NCBI GenBank assembly: GCA_965227515.1
Contig: CBDDFZ010000001.1
Span: 864,001 to 928,000, forward strand
From: Alphaproteobacteria bacterium
GTDB lineage: Bacteria > Pseudomonadota > Alphaproteobacteria > CALKHQ01
Reading direction: 5' to 3'
Length of the DNA: 64,000 nucleotides
Position numbers and translations under genes: made by a program. Below, one piece after another: positions 29,886 through 40,718 of this stretch (position 1 is the first letter of the stretch; each line of letters begins with the position of its first letter). Under the pieces are notes generated by a model. The model worked only from the letters and a program-made list of their open reading frames with translations, was not told the origin of the DNA and made no database searches.

Positions 29886-30488
29886 ATGATGCCCGAAGCA
29901 CCCCGACCTGACCGCTATGGCGCGGTCGCCCAGGCCCTGCACTGGATCATGGCGCTGCTGATCGGCGCCATGCTGGTGGTCGGCATCTACATGCTGCGCC
30001 TGCCGCAGGCGGAGAAATTCCCCGGCAAGATCGGCTACGACCTCTACCAGCTCCACAAGTCGGTCGGGCTGGTGGTGCTGGTGCTGGCGGTGCTGCGGAT
30101 CGGCTGGCGGCTGACGCACCGCGCGCCGCGCCTGCCGGCGACCCTGAAGCCCTATGAAAAGGGGCTGGCCCATGCGAGCCACCTGGCGCTCTATCTGCTG
30201 ATCCTCGCCATGCCGCTGAGCGGCTGGCTGATGGTCTCGGCCAGCGAGCTGGCCCATGGCATGCTCCCAACTCGCTTCTTCGACCTGTTCACCGTGCCGA
30301 ACCTGCTCGCCGCCGACGAGGCCGCCGAGGCCACGCTCGGCCAGGTCCACACGGTCCTCGCTTTTGCCGCAATCGCGGTGCTTGTGCTGCATGTCGGCGC
30401 GGCGCTGAAGCATCATTTCGTATTGAAGGACAACGTGCTGTTGCGCATGTTGCCGTTCACCCGGCTGAGGTCGACGCCCGGGGATTGA
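29886..30488 (+). CDS. Cytochrome b561 (YceJ-like)
   Basis: LHW, LHKSVG, ASHLALY, HVGAALKH; adjacent to YceI. Confidence 0.92.
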   Translation: MMPEAPRPDRYGAVAQALHWIMALLIGAMLVVGIYMLRLPQAEKFPGKIGYDLYQLHKSVGLVVLVLAVLRIGWRLTHRAPRLPATLKPYEKGLAHASHLALYLLILAMPLSGWLMVSASELAHGMLPTRFFDLFTVPNLLAADEAAEATLGQVHTVLAFAAIAVLVLHVGAALKHHFVLKDNVLLRMLPFTRLRSTPGD

Positions 30489-30518
30489 TCCACCACACAC
30501 AGGTAGGAGCCCGCATCC

Positions 30519-31091
30519 ATGATCCGTCCCGCCATCGCCGCTGCGACAGTCGCCGCCCTGGCCGTTTCCGCAGTCACAGGCCAGGCCATGGCCGCCACCT
30601 GGGCGGTGGATGCGACCGAGGACGCGCTGACCTGGATCGTGCCGTTTGCCGGTGAGACCCGCCTGGGCCGATTCGAGCGTTTCGACGCCGATATCCAGTT
30701 CGATCCGGCCGATCCGGCGTCGGCCAGCGTGACCGTGGTCGTGGATATGTCGAGCGTGTCCACCGACAACGAGGAAGAGGACCTGGAACTGGCCAAGCCG
30801 GAGTGGCTGGATATCGCCGGCCAGCCGACCGCGACGTTCACCGCCCAGGGCTTCGAGCCGCTGGAGGACGGTCGCTATCGCGCCGCCGGCACGCTGACCT
30901 TGCGCGGCGCCTCCAACCCGCAGGTGCTGGAGTTCGCCTTCGATGTCGAGGGCGCGACCGCCCATGTGGTGGGCGGCACCGTGATCGACCGCATCGCCTA
31001 TGGGGTGGGCCAGGGCCAGTGGGAGAACGACGACGTCGTCGGCTTCTCGGTCCAGGTCAACTTCGACCTCGCGCTGCACCTTGCCGACTGA
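30519..31091 (+). CDS. YceI-family periplasmic lipid-binding protein
   Basis: Signal peptide, GRFERF..I.FDP, GTLTLRG, IDR..YGVG. Confidence 0.9.
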   Translation: MIRPAIAAATVAALAVSAVTGQAMAATWAVDATEDALTWIVPFAGETRLGRFERFDADIQFDPADPASASVTVVVDMSSVSTDNEEEDLELAKPEWLDIAGQPTATFTAQGFEPLEDGRYRAAGTLTLRGASNPQVLEFAFDVEGATAHVVGGTVIDRIAYGVGQGQWENDDVVGFSVQVNFDLALHLAD

Positions 31092-31761
31092 CGAACCGAC
31101 CGCCGCACCCCGGCAACCGGACACGCCCGCGCAACCGGAGACGCCGGAGGCCAAGGACGGCGGGCATGATGCCTCGCCACGCCCGCTGTCGCAGGTGCTG
31201 GTCGAAATGACCGAGCGCGGCAGCGAACGCATCTCGCTGGAAGAGATCGCGACCGCGCTGGCGGACCGCAGCTTCGCGGCGATGCTGCTGCTGTTCGCGG
31301 CACCTAACATGCTGCCGCTGCCGCCGGGCGCCTCCGGCGTGCTGGGCGCGCCGCTGGTGCTGATCGCGTTCCAGTTGATGATCGCCCGCGATCATCTGTG
31401 GCTGCCGAATTTCTTGCGCAAGCGGTCGGTGGACCGCAGCAAGTTCCGCCGGGTGGCGGAAAAGCTGCGCTCCAAGCTGGAGCGGCTGGAGAAGCTGGTG
31501 CGGCCGCGGATGTGGCCGTTCCCGCGCGCGTTGACCGAGCGCTATGTCGGCGTCGTCACCCTGCTGCTGGCCGTCATCCTGGCGCTGCCGATCCCGTTCA
31601 ACAACATGCTGCCGGCGTTTGCCATCGTGGTGCTGAGCCTGGGCCTGATGGCGCGCGACGGCCTGTGGCTGCTGTTCGGCACGCTGTTGTTCCTGGGCTC
31701 CGTCGGCATCATCGTGGCACTCGCGTTCGCGCTCGACTTCGCGGCGTCGGAACTGCTGTAG
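31081..31761 (+). CDS. exoD: ExoD-family membrane protein
   Basis: DRSF..LLLFAAPN.LPLPPG, LPIPF.N.LPA, RDG; TTG start inferred. Confidence 0.82.
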   Translation: MPTDEPTAAPRQPDTPAQPETPEAKDGGHDASPRPLSQVLVEMTERGSERISLEEIATALADRSFAAMLLLFAAPNMLPLPPGASGVLGAPLVLIAFQLMIARDHLWLPNFLRKRSVDRSKFRRVAEKLRSKLERLEKLVRPRMWPFPRALTERYVGVVTLLLAVILALPIPFNNMLPAFAIVVLSLGLMARDGLWLLFGTLLFLGSVGIIVALAFALDFAASELL

Positions 31762-31805
31762 CAGGTTCCGCTCGCCGCATTGCGCTTAACCGTTTCCCCC
31801 TAACC

Positions 31806-31981
31806 GTCATCCTCGGGCTTGTCCTGAGGATCCATTTTTGTCCAATCCGCCAAAGGGTTAAGTGCTGCTCGCACAGCTACGGGGCGATCGCCTGATATGG
31901 CAATCTGCATCACGATCGGATCAAGCCGGACCCATCCGGTCCCGCGGCAACATGGGCCCTCGCCACAAGGGCGAGGGCGAC
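31806..31981 (+). repeat. Family B element copy 2 (176 bp, 116-bp core)
   Basis: Variant left hairpin GTCATCCTCGGGCTTGTCCTGAGGATCCAT, canonical right end. Confidence 0.88.
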
Positions 31982-32043
31982 GATGGTGGGGGTTTTCTGT
32001 TTGGTCGAACCATCTGTGCTGATTGGAGAAATGACATTCAGCG

Positions 32044-32090
32044 CGTGAAATTCACGGCTTGACGTTCAATCAAGCTGCCAGTACCCATGG
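32044..32090 (+). promoter_or_regulatory. Candidate promoter and palindromic operators of the MarR-like gene
   Basis: CGTGAA-A-TTCACG and GCTTGA-N7-TCAAGC, the latter overlapping a TTGACG -35-like hexamer. Confidence 0.4.
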
Positions 32091-32093
32091 CAC

Positions 32094-32756
32094 GTGAGCG
32101 ACAAATCGAAAATCGAGACCGAGCTGGACTTCCTCACCGCGCTGGAGGAAGGCACGGTGGTCACCCAGATGACGCTGGCCAAGCGCGTCGCGGTCTCCGT
32201 CGGCCTGATCAACGCGCTGCTCAAGCGCGCCGTCGGCAAGGGCTTCGTCAAGGCCAAGTCGGCGCCCTACAAGCGCTATGCCTACTACATGACGCCCACC
32301 GGCTTTGCCGAGAAGGGGCGGCTGGTCCGCGAATACCTGGAAGCGTCGCTGAAGTTCTTCCGGTCCGCGCGGCTGGAGTACTACACACTGGCGATGCGTG
32401 CGCGTGGCGCCGGCAAGAACCGGCTGGTCTTCGTCGGTGCCGGCGAGCTGGCCGAGATCGCCCTGCTGGCGGCGCGCGAGGCCGAGGTCGATATCGTCGC
32501 CGTGATCGACACCACCACCAACCGGGCGAAGTTCTGCGGCCTGCCGGTGGTGCGCGATCCGGCCGACCTGAAGAATGGCGCCCTGAATGGGGCACTGAAT
32601 GGCATCGACGGCGTCATCATCACCGACCGCACCCGGCCGCAGGAAGCGTTCGAGATGATGCGTACGCACTACGCCGACACCGAGATATTCACCCCGCCGC
32701 TGCTGCGCATATCGCGCCGGCCGGTGGAGTTCAGCCCCAAGGTCGCCGGATCGTGA
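32094..32756 (+). CDS. EPS-associated winged-helix (MarR-like) regulator with Rossmann-like C-terminal domain
   Basis: TQMTLAKRVAVSVGLIN, YAYYMTPTGFAEK, FVGAGE. Confidence 0.85.
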   Translation: MSDKSKIETELDFLTALEEGTVVTQMTLAKRVAVSVGLINALLKRAVGKGFVKAKSAPYKRYAYYMTPTGFAEKGRLVREYLEASLKFFRSARLEYYTLAMRARGAGKNRLVFVGAGELAEIALLAAREAEVDIVAVIDTTTNRAKFCGLPVVRDPADLKNGALNGALNGIDGVIITDRTRPQEAFEMMRTHYADTEIFTPPLLRISRRPVEFSPKVAGS

Positions 32757-32778
32757 GCATGCCGGCGAGAGCTAGATC

Positions 32779-33279
32779 ATGAAAGCCTGGTACGTCGTCA
32801 GCACCCTGCCCAACCAGGAGGTTCGGGCCCAGACCAATCTGGTGCGCCAGGGGTTCCGGCCCTGGCTGCCGATGATGAAGCGGTCGCGGCGGCACGCCCG
32901 CAAGCTCGACACCGTGCAGGTGCCGCTGTTTGCCGGCTACCTGTTCGTGGAACTGGACGTTGAGCGCGAGCGCTGGTCGCCGATCAACGGCACGTTCGGG
33001 GTGCGCAAGCTGTTGAGCCAGGGCGACCGCCCGGTCCCGGTGCCGCATGACTTCGTGGAGGCGCTGTCCGCGTCGCTGGACGACGACGGCACGGTGAAGG
33101 TGCCGGCGCCGGCCTTGCGCCCCGGCCAGAAGGTGCGGATGATCGCCGGCCCGTTCGTCGATTGCGTCGCCACCCTGATCAATCTGGCTTCGGCCGACCG
33201 TATTGCGGTACTGCTCAACGTGCTGGGCCGTGACGTTTCGACCGTGGTTTCGTCGCGCATGGTGGCCCCCGCAGGTTGA
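32779..33279 (+). CDS. NusG paralog (RfaH-like antiterminator)
   Basis: WYVV, NL.RQG, PLFAGYLFV, C-terminal KOW PGQKVRMIAGPF. Confidence 0.88.
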   Translation: MKAWYVVSTLPNQEVRAQTNLVRQGFRPWLPMMKRSRRHARKLDTVQVPLFAGYLFVELDVERERWSPINGTFGVRKLLSQGDRPVPVPHDFVEALSASLDDDGTVKVPAPALRPGQKVRMIAGPFVDCVATLINLASADRIAVLLNVLGRDVSTVVSSRMVAPAG

Positions 33280-33338
33280 CCGGACGGTAGAAGCGTGGCC
33301 GGCCCACGGTCCGCCGAGCGCGAGGGCGTGCAAGTTAC

Positions 33339-34355
33339 ATGGCAGTATTGGTCACCGGCTCGGCAGGCTTTATCGGCTTCCACACCGCGCGCGCGCTCTT
33401 GGACCGCGGCGACACGGTGGTCGGCGTCGACAGCATGGACCCCTACTACGATCCGGCGCTCAAGCGCGCCCGGCATGACATCCTGGACGGGCTGGCAGGG
33501 TTCAGCCGGCATGAGATCAGCGTCGCCGACCGCCCCGCGCTGGAAGCGGTGTTCGCCGAGGTCAAGCCGAAGCGGGTGATCCATCTCGCCGCCCAGGCCG
33601 GCGTGCGCTACTCGGTGGAGAACCCGCACGCCTATGTCGACGCCAATCTGGTCGGCTTCACCAACATCCTGGAATGCTGCCGGCACGGCGCGGTCGAGCA
33701 TCTGGTGTTCGCCTCCACCAGCTCGGTCTACGGCGCCAATGCACTGATGCCGTTCGAGGAGCATCACGGCGCCGGCCACCCGATGAGCTTCTATGCCGCC
33801 ACCAAACGCGCCAACGAGCTGATGGCGCACGCCTACGCCCACCTCTATGGCTTCCCCTGCACGGGCCTACGGTTCTTCACCGTCTACGGGCCATGGGGCC
33901 GCCCCGACATGGCGCTGTTCCGCTTCACCGAGGCGATCCTGGCCGGCCGGCCGATTCAGGTTTTCAACAATGGCGACATGGAGCGCGATTTCACCTATGT
34001 CGACGACATCGTCGACGCGGTGGTCGCGGTGAGCGATCGCCCGCCGGATGCCGATCCGGCCTGGGATGCGGCAAGCCCGCACCCGGCGACCGGCCGCAGC
34101 GGTGTCGCGCCCTATCGCATCTACAACATCGGGCGTGGCCAGCCGGTGCAACTGATGGACTTCATCCGCGTGCTGGAGGACAAGCTGGGCGCCAAGGCGG
34201 AACTGGAGATGCTGCCGATGCAGGCCGGCGACGTGGCCGCGACCAGGGCCAGCATCGACGCGCTGACGGCGCTGACCGGCGTGGCGCCCTCGGTGTCGGT
34301 GGAGGAAGGTGTGGGCCACTTCGTGGCGTGGTACCGCGACTATTATGGCGTCTGA
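33339..34355 (+). CDS. NAD-dependent epimerase (UDP-glucuronate 4-epimerase-like)
   Basis: TGSAGFIG, AAQAGVRYS, YAATK, GPWGRPDMA. Confidence 0.93.
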   Translation: MAVLVTGSAGFIGFHTARALLDRGDTVVGVDSMDPYYDPALKRARHDILDGLAGFSRHEISVADRPALEAVFAEVKPKRVIHLAAQAGVRYSVENPHAYVDANLVGFTNILECCRHGAVEHLVFASTSSVYGANALMPFEEHHGAGHPMSFYAATKRANELMAHAYAHLYGFPCTGLRFFTVYGPWGRPDMALFRFTEAILAGRPIQVFNNGDMERDFTYVDDIVDAVVAVSDRPPDADPAWDAASPHPATGRSGVAPYRIYNIGRGQPVQLMDFIRVLEDKLGAKAELEMLPMQAGDVAATRASIDALTALTGVAPSVSVEEGVGHFVAWYRDYYGV

Positions 34356-34356
34356 G

Positions 34357-35658
<1,302 letters not shown>

Positions 35659-35662
35659 GTTC

Positions 35663-37588
35663 ATGTGTGGCGTGGCCGGGATATTCATTCCGGGCGGTGC
35701 ACCGAACGATGCGCTCCACGGCGGCATTCGCGCCATGACCGAGCGGCTGCATCATCGCGGGCCGGACGGCGGCGACACCTGGCTGGATGCGGATGCCGGC
35801 ATCGCGCTCGGCCAGCGGCGGCTCGCCATCATCGACCTGTCGCCGGCCGGCGCCCAGCCGATGCAGTCCAAGTGCGGGCGCTATGCGATTACCTACAACG
35901 GCGAGATCTACAACGCTGCGGAGATGCGTGCCCCGCTGGAGGACGCCGGCCTCTGTTTTCGCGGCCATTCCGACACCGAGGTACTGCTGGAGGCGATCGC
36001 GCGCTACGGCGTGCTCGCCGCCGTGCGTCGGACGGTGGGCATGTTCGCGTTCGCGGTGTGGGACCGGAAGGACCGCACGCTGACCCTGGTGCGCGACCGG
36101 CTCGGCATCAAGCCGCTGTACTGGGGCCCGGTCGGCGGCGACGGGACGCTGGGGTTCGCCTCGGAGCTGTCCGCGTTTGCCGCGCACCCGGCCTGGCGCG
36201 GCGAGATCGACCGCCGGGCGCTCTCCGCCTATCTGCAACTCGGCTATGTGCCAGCGCCGTTGTCGATCTGGCGCGGCATCGCCAAGCTCGCGCCCGGCAC
36301 CATGCTGACGATTGCCGCCGACGGCAGCCAGCGGACCGAGGCGTTCTGGTCTCTGCCGGCCCAGATCGCCAACCTGCGGGTGTCGTCCAAGCCGCCGACG
36401 GCCGAGATGCTGGCACCGCAGATCAAGGCCTGCATCGCGGACGCCGTGAAGTGCCGGCTGGTGTCCGACGTGCCGCTTGGCGCGTTCCTGTCAGGCGGCA
36501 TCGACAGCTCGCTGGTCGCCGCGCACATGCAGGAAGCCTCCACCCGCCCGGTGAAGACCTATTCCATCGGGTTCGAGGATGCGGCCTATAACGAGGCCGA
36601 CTATGCGGCCGCCGTCGCGCGCCGGCTCGGCACCGACCATACCGAGCTCACCATCAGCGAGGCGGCGCTGCTGGACATGGTGCCGGACATCCCGTCTATG
36701 CACGACGAGCCGTTTGCTGACTCCTCGTCGATACCGACCCATGCGCTGAGCAAGCTGACCCGCGCGGAGGTGACGGTGGCGCTCTCCGGCGACGGCGGCG
36801 ACGAGCTGTTCGCCGGCTACCACCGCTATCTCTACTCGGCGCGGGTGGAGCGGTGGCGCAACCGCCTGCCGGGCCCGGCCAGGGCGCTGGCCGCCGGCAC
36901 GCTGAAGGCGATCCCGCCCTCGGTCATTGCCGGCGTGGCGGGTGCGCGCGGGCAAGGCATGGCCGACCGCGTCACCAAGTTCGCCAATGCGCTCGCCGCC
37001 GCCGATGCCGATGCGGCGTACGGTGCTACCGTGCGCTTGTGGCACGAGGGCGACCCGGCCGACTGCCCGGCGCCGGAAGCGCCGCCACCATTGCTGCGGC
37101 GGCCGGAAGAGCGCATGCAGTATTTCGACATGCTGACCTACCTGCCCGACGACATCCTGACCAAGGTCGACCGGATGAGCATGGCGGTAGCGCTGGAGGT
37201 GCGTGTGCCGCTGCTTGATCACCGGCTGGTCGGGCTTGCCTGGCAGTTGCCGTTCGAGGCCAAGCTCAGCGGCGGTGTCGGCAAGCGCATCCTGCGCGAT
37301 ATCCTGGCCGAATACCTGCCGGCGGACCTGATCGACCGGCCGAAGATGGGGTTCGCGGTGCCGTTGCGGCGCTGGCTGTCGGGGCCGCTGCGCGAGTGGG
37401 CCGAGACGCTGGTGGCCGATACCGACTGGCAGGGCGCCTATGGGCTGGCGCCGGAGACGGTGCGGCGGGACTGGCAGGGTTTCGTGCGCGCCGGACGGCC
37501 CAATGCGCACCGCATCTGGTCTTTGCTGGCGCTGGCCGGCTGGGGCGCCGGCATGGCGTCCACCAACACGAGGGCTGCTGCCGCATGA
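35663..37588 (+). CDS. asnB: Asparagine synthetase-like glutamine amidotransferase
   Basis: MCG start, HRGPD, NGEIYN, SGGIDSS, SGDGGDE, KVDR; context suggests sugar amidation. Confidence 0.92.
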   Translation: MCGVAGIFIPGGAPNDALHGGIRAMTERLHHRGPDGGDTWLDADAGIALGQRRLAIIDLSPAGAQPMQSKCGRYAITYNGEIYNAAEMRAPLEDAGLCFRGHSDTEVLLEAIARYGVLAAVRRTVGMFAFAVWDRKDRTLTLVRDRLGIKPLYWGPVGGDGTLGFASELSAFAAHPAWRGEIDRRALSAYLQLGYVPAPLSIWRGIAKLAPGTMLTIAADGSQRTEAFWSLPAQIANLRVSSKPPTAEMLAPQIKACIADAVKCRLVSDVPLGAFLSGGIDSSLVAAHMQEASTRPVKTYSIGFEDAAYNEADYAAAVARRLGTDHTELTISEAALLDMVPDIPSMHDEPFADSSSIPTHALSKLTRAEVTVALSGDGGDELFAGYHRYLYSARVERWRNRLPGPARALAAGTLKAIPPSVIAGVAGARGQGMADRVTKFANALAAADADAAYGATVRLWHEGDPADCPAPEAPPPLLRRPEERMQYFDMLTYLPDDILTKVDRMSMAVALEVRVPLLDHRLVGLAWQLPFEAKLSGGVGKRILRDILAEYLPADLIDRPKMGFAVPLRRWLSGPLREWAETLVADTDWQGAYGLAPETVRRDWQGFVRAGRPNAHRIWSLLALAGWGAGMASTNTRAAAA

Positions 37589-38595
37589 GCTATACGAACT
37601 CCGCCTACGACCGGGACATCGGTGCCGAGGGCCGGCAGGCGGACGAAGGCGCCGTGCGCCGGATGTACGAGCACGCGCCCTACCCGGACTTGGGCGCGAA
37701 CCTGAAGGACGCCGCGTCGTTCTTCGCGCCTGTTGTGGCGCGTTACGGCGCGCGGGCCGACCGCCTCAGCTTCATCGATGTGGGCTGCGGCACCGGCCAC
37801 CTGCTGGTCGGCGCGGCGAAGGCGTTCCCCGGCTGGACCTGCCATGGCGTGGACCTGTCGCAGGCATCCCTGGATGTCGCCCGGCAACTGGCCGACAAGC
37901 ATGGCGCGACGGTGGAACTGGCGCGCGCGAGCTACCTCGACCCGCTGCCGTTCGAGACCAAGACGTTCGACCTGATTTCGGCCCAGGGCACGATCCACCA
38001 TGCCGCCGACCCGGCCGGCGCGCTCGGCCGGCTGCGCGAGGTGCTGGCCGACGACGGCTATCTCTCGATGCACCTCTACGGCTGGCGGCTGGACCGCGGC
38101 AAGTTCGAGGTCAAGGAGATGCTGTCGATCCTGGAGCCGGACCTGTTCGCCCACGACACGCGCTTTAAGCGCTATCGCGAGCTGATGGCCTACCGCAACC
38201 GCTGGACGCTGCGCCGCCTCGCCGCGATATCCCCGCTCGACATCTATGTCGGCCTGAAGACGGCATTGCGCAACGCGCGCCGCCGCCGCCGGGGCCAGAG
38301 CTGGTCGCCGCCGTGGACCGACGACTACACCAAGGTCGACGCGCCGTGGATCGACCATTTCTGCCATCCGTGCGAGCGCGCCTATGAGGTGCCCGACGTC
38401 GAACGGCTGGTGCGCGACAGTGGTTTCGAGGTGGTGGAGATGCGCACCCAGGGCCGGCCCGACGAGCGCTGGCTGCCGCCGGAATGGCGCGCGCAGTTCC
38501 GCAGCCTGGACCCGTGGCAGCAGTATCGCCTGATGGAGTTGCTGTCGCCGTCTGAGACGTCGTTCAACATGGTGCTGAAGAAGGCGGGCGTTTAG
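37585..38595 (+). CDS. Class I SAM-dependent methyltransferase
   Basis: YEHAPYP, IDVGCGTG, GTIHH; ATGA overlap. Confidence 0.87.
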   Translation: MSYTNSAYDRDIGAEGRQADEGAVRRMYEHAPYPDLGANLKDAASFFAPVVARYGARADRLSFIDVGCGTGHLLVGAAKAFPGWTCHGVDLSQASLDVARQLADKHGATVELARASYLDPLPFETKTFDLISAQGTIHHAADPAGALGRLREVLADDGYLSMHLYGWRLDRGKFEVKEMLSILEPDLFAHDTRFKRYRELMAYRNRWTLRRLAAISPLDIYVGLKTALRNARRRRRGQSWSPPWTDDYTKVDAPWIDHFCHPCERAYEVPDVERLVRDSGFEVVEMRTQGRPDERWLPPEWRAQFRSLDPWQQYRLMELLSPSETSFNMVLKKAGV

Positions 38596-38622
38596 CACCT
38601 TCCTGCAACCAACCACCAACTC

Positions 38623-38797
38623 GTCGCCCTCGCCCTTGTGGCGAGGGCCCATTCGTAAGCAATGTCAGGTATGTGCGATCTTCGCACATCGTCGATGCAG
38701 CAAGGTCCTTCGGTGACTGCCACAGTGCTCCGAGAACGGCCGTCAACCATTGGCATGTCGGACATAAATGGGTCCTCGCCACAAGGGCGAGGACGAC
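38623..38797 (-). repeat. Family B element copy 3 (175 bp, 115-bp core, reverse orientation)
   Basis: Canonical ends; TGTCC..GCCAAT core motif on the minus strand. Confidence 0.9.
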
Positions 38798-38896
38798 GAT
38801 AAGGAGCAGTGATCGTTGTTCGGAACTGTCAGCATGCCGGTCGGCACGGCGCCGTAGGCGGTTCGCGATGACGAGTAGCGTTGGTGTGACCCTTGC

Positions 38897-39778
38897 CTAC
38901 CCCGCCGGCGGTGGGGCCACCGTCGTGGTCTGCTTGATCCGGCTTTCGCGGTAGGCGATGTAGATCGAGCTGGCGAAGATCACCGCGCCGCCGATCCAGG
39001 CATAGGGGCTTGGCACCTCGTTCAGCACCAGGTAGCCGAGCACGCTGGCCCAGACGATCTTCAGGAAATCGAACGGCATCACGGCGGTGGCGTCGGCGCG
39101 GCGCAGCGCCTCGGCCAGGGTGAACTGGGCGCAGTTGCCCAGGATCGCGATCACCACCAGCCAGCCCATCTGCGGCCATGTCGGCCAGTCCCAATAGACC
39201 AGGGCCGGCACCAGGATCAGCACGGTCATCATGGCCGACGAGTAGGCGGTGATGGTGGCGCTGTCGGCGTATTGGGTCAGGCGCTTGATCACCAGCATCG
39301 ACACCGCCCAGATCAGCGCCGACGTCAGGGTGAGGTAGGGGCCCAGTTCCATCGGGCCGAAGCCGGGCCGCAGCACGACTAGCACGCCGGCGAAGCCCAG
39401 CACCAGGGCGACGATGCGGCGCGACCGCCACTTCTCGCCCAGGAACAGCCAGGCACCGGCGGCAGCGAACAGGGGTGCTGTGAACATCAGCGAGGTGACG
39501 GTGGTCAGCGGCGTCATGCTCAGCGCGGCAAAGAACGACAGCATGGCAGCCGTGTTCATGAACGCGCGCACCCCGATCAGCTTCAGCCCCTTGCCGCGCG
39601 GCACCGGCACCCGTCTCGGGATCAGCCAGGCGAACAGGAACATCGCCCCCAGCCCGCAGCGGAAGAACGCGACCACGAACGGATGCAGTTCCTGCACCGC
39701 AGTCAGTTCACGCACGCATACGTGCATCAGCGAGAACGAGATCGTGCTCGCGATCATAAAGGCCAAGGCTGCGAGCAT
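38897..39778 (-). CDS. DMT/EamA-family transporter
   Basis: About 10 TM segments, FTAPLF..LGEK, VLRPG, MPFDF. Confidence 0.9.
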   Translation of the reverse strand: MLAALAFMIASTISFSLMHVCVRELTAVQELHPFVVAFFRCGLGAMFLFAWLIPRRVPVPRGKGLKLIGVRAFMNTAAMLSFFAALSMTPLTTVTSLMFTAPLFAAAGAWLFLGEKWRSRRIVALVLGFAGVLVVLRPGFGPMELGPYLTLTSALIWAVSMLVIKRLTQYADSATITAYSSAMMTVLILVPALVYWDWPTWPQMGWLVVIAILGNCAQFTLAEALRRADATAVMPFDFLKIVWASVLGYLVLNEVPSPYAWIGGAVIFASSIYIAYRESRIKQTTTVAPPPAG

Positions 39779-39839
39779 GCGTTCTCCGGATCGGCGGGGC
39801 GCCGAGCTTACCAGTCAGGCGATGAGCTGTGGCCTGCAA

Positions 39840-40718
39840 TTATCTTCTGGCAGCCCTGCGGCCGACAACGCTCTCGCGGTAGTACATGTAGACACCGCTG
39901 ACCACGATCACGCCGCCGCCGATCAGCGTCCAGTGGTTCGGCACCTCGCCGAACACGATCAGCCCGCCGAGCGTGCCCCAGATCAAATGCACGTACAGGA
40001 ACGGCGCCAGGTTGGAGGCGCTGCCGTGCCGATAGGCGTAGATCAGGAAATAGTGGCCGCCGGTCGCCAGCACCGCGAAGCCGAAGAAGCTCAGCCAGTG
40101 CACCAGGTCGGGCGGCACCCACACGAACGGCATGTAGACGCTGTAGGCGGCCGAGCCCACGGCGGTCGACCAGAACAGCACGCAGATCGGGTCGGTGTTG
40201 TCGCGCATGGCGCGGGTGATGATGATGACGAGCGCATAGAAGAACGCCACCGCCAGCGGCGCCAGCACGATCAGGCCCAGATCGTCGGACTGCGGCTGCA
40301 CCACCAGCAGCATGCCGACGAAGCCGAACCCGACAGCAGCCCAGCGGCGCGGGCCGACGTGCTCGCGCAGCAGCGGCACCGACAGCGCGGTCATGATCAG
40401 CGGCGAGACGTACTGGATCGAGAGCGCCGTTGACAGCGGCATCCGGCTGATGGCGGTGAAGAACAGGCCGGTGCAGATGGTGAGCAGGATGCCGCGCGCG
40501 AACGCCAGGCGCGGCTGGCGCGGCCACCAGCCATGGTCCGGGTGCGGCTTGCGCAGCACCATCAGCGCGGTGATCGACAGCAGGCTGAACGTGAACCGCG
40601 CCCAGATCACCACGTCGATGGGCAGGTCGCGCGACAGCGCCTTTGCCAGCACTTCCATGCCGGCAAAGCACGCCGTTGCCATGACGACCAGCAGGATGCC
40701 GCGGGTGGCGGCGGTCAT
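39840..40718 (-). CDS. DMT/EamA-family transporter
   Basis: About 10 TM segments, SPL..LLREHVG.RRW, LAPFLY. Confidence 0.9.
   Translation of the reverse strand: MTAATRGILLVVMATACFAGMEVLAKALSRDLPIDVVIWARFTFSLLSITALMVLRKPHPDHGWWPRQPRLAFARGILLTICTGLFFTAISRMPLSTALSIQYVSPLIMTALSVPLLREHVGPRRWAAVGFGFVGMLLVVQPQSDDLGLIVLAPLAVAFFYALVIIITRAMRDNTDPICVLFWSTAVGSAAYSVYMPFVWVPPDLVHWLSFFGFAVLATGGHYFLIYAYRHGSASNLAPFLYVHLIWGTLGGLIVFGEVPNHWTLIGGGVIVVSGVYMYYRESVVGRRAARR

Noticed and set aside
32059-32073. FNR/FixK box TTGAC..ATCAA
   Set aside because: Spacer is 5 nt rather than the required 4.
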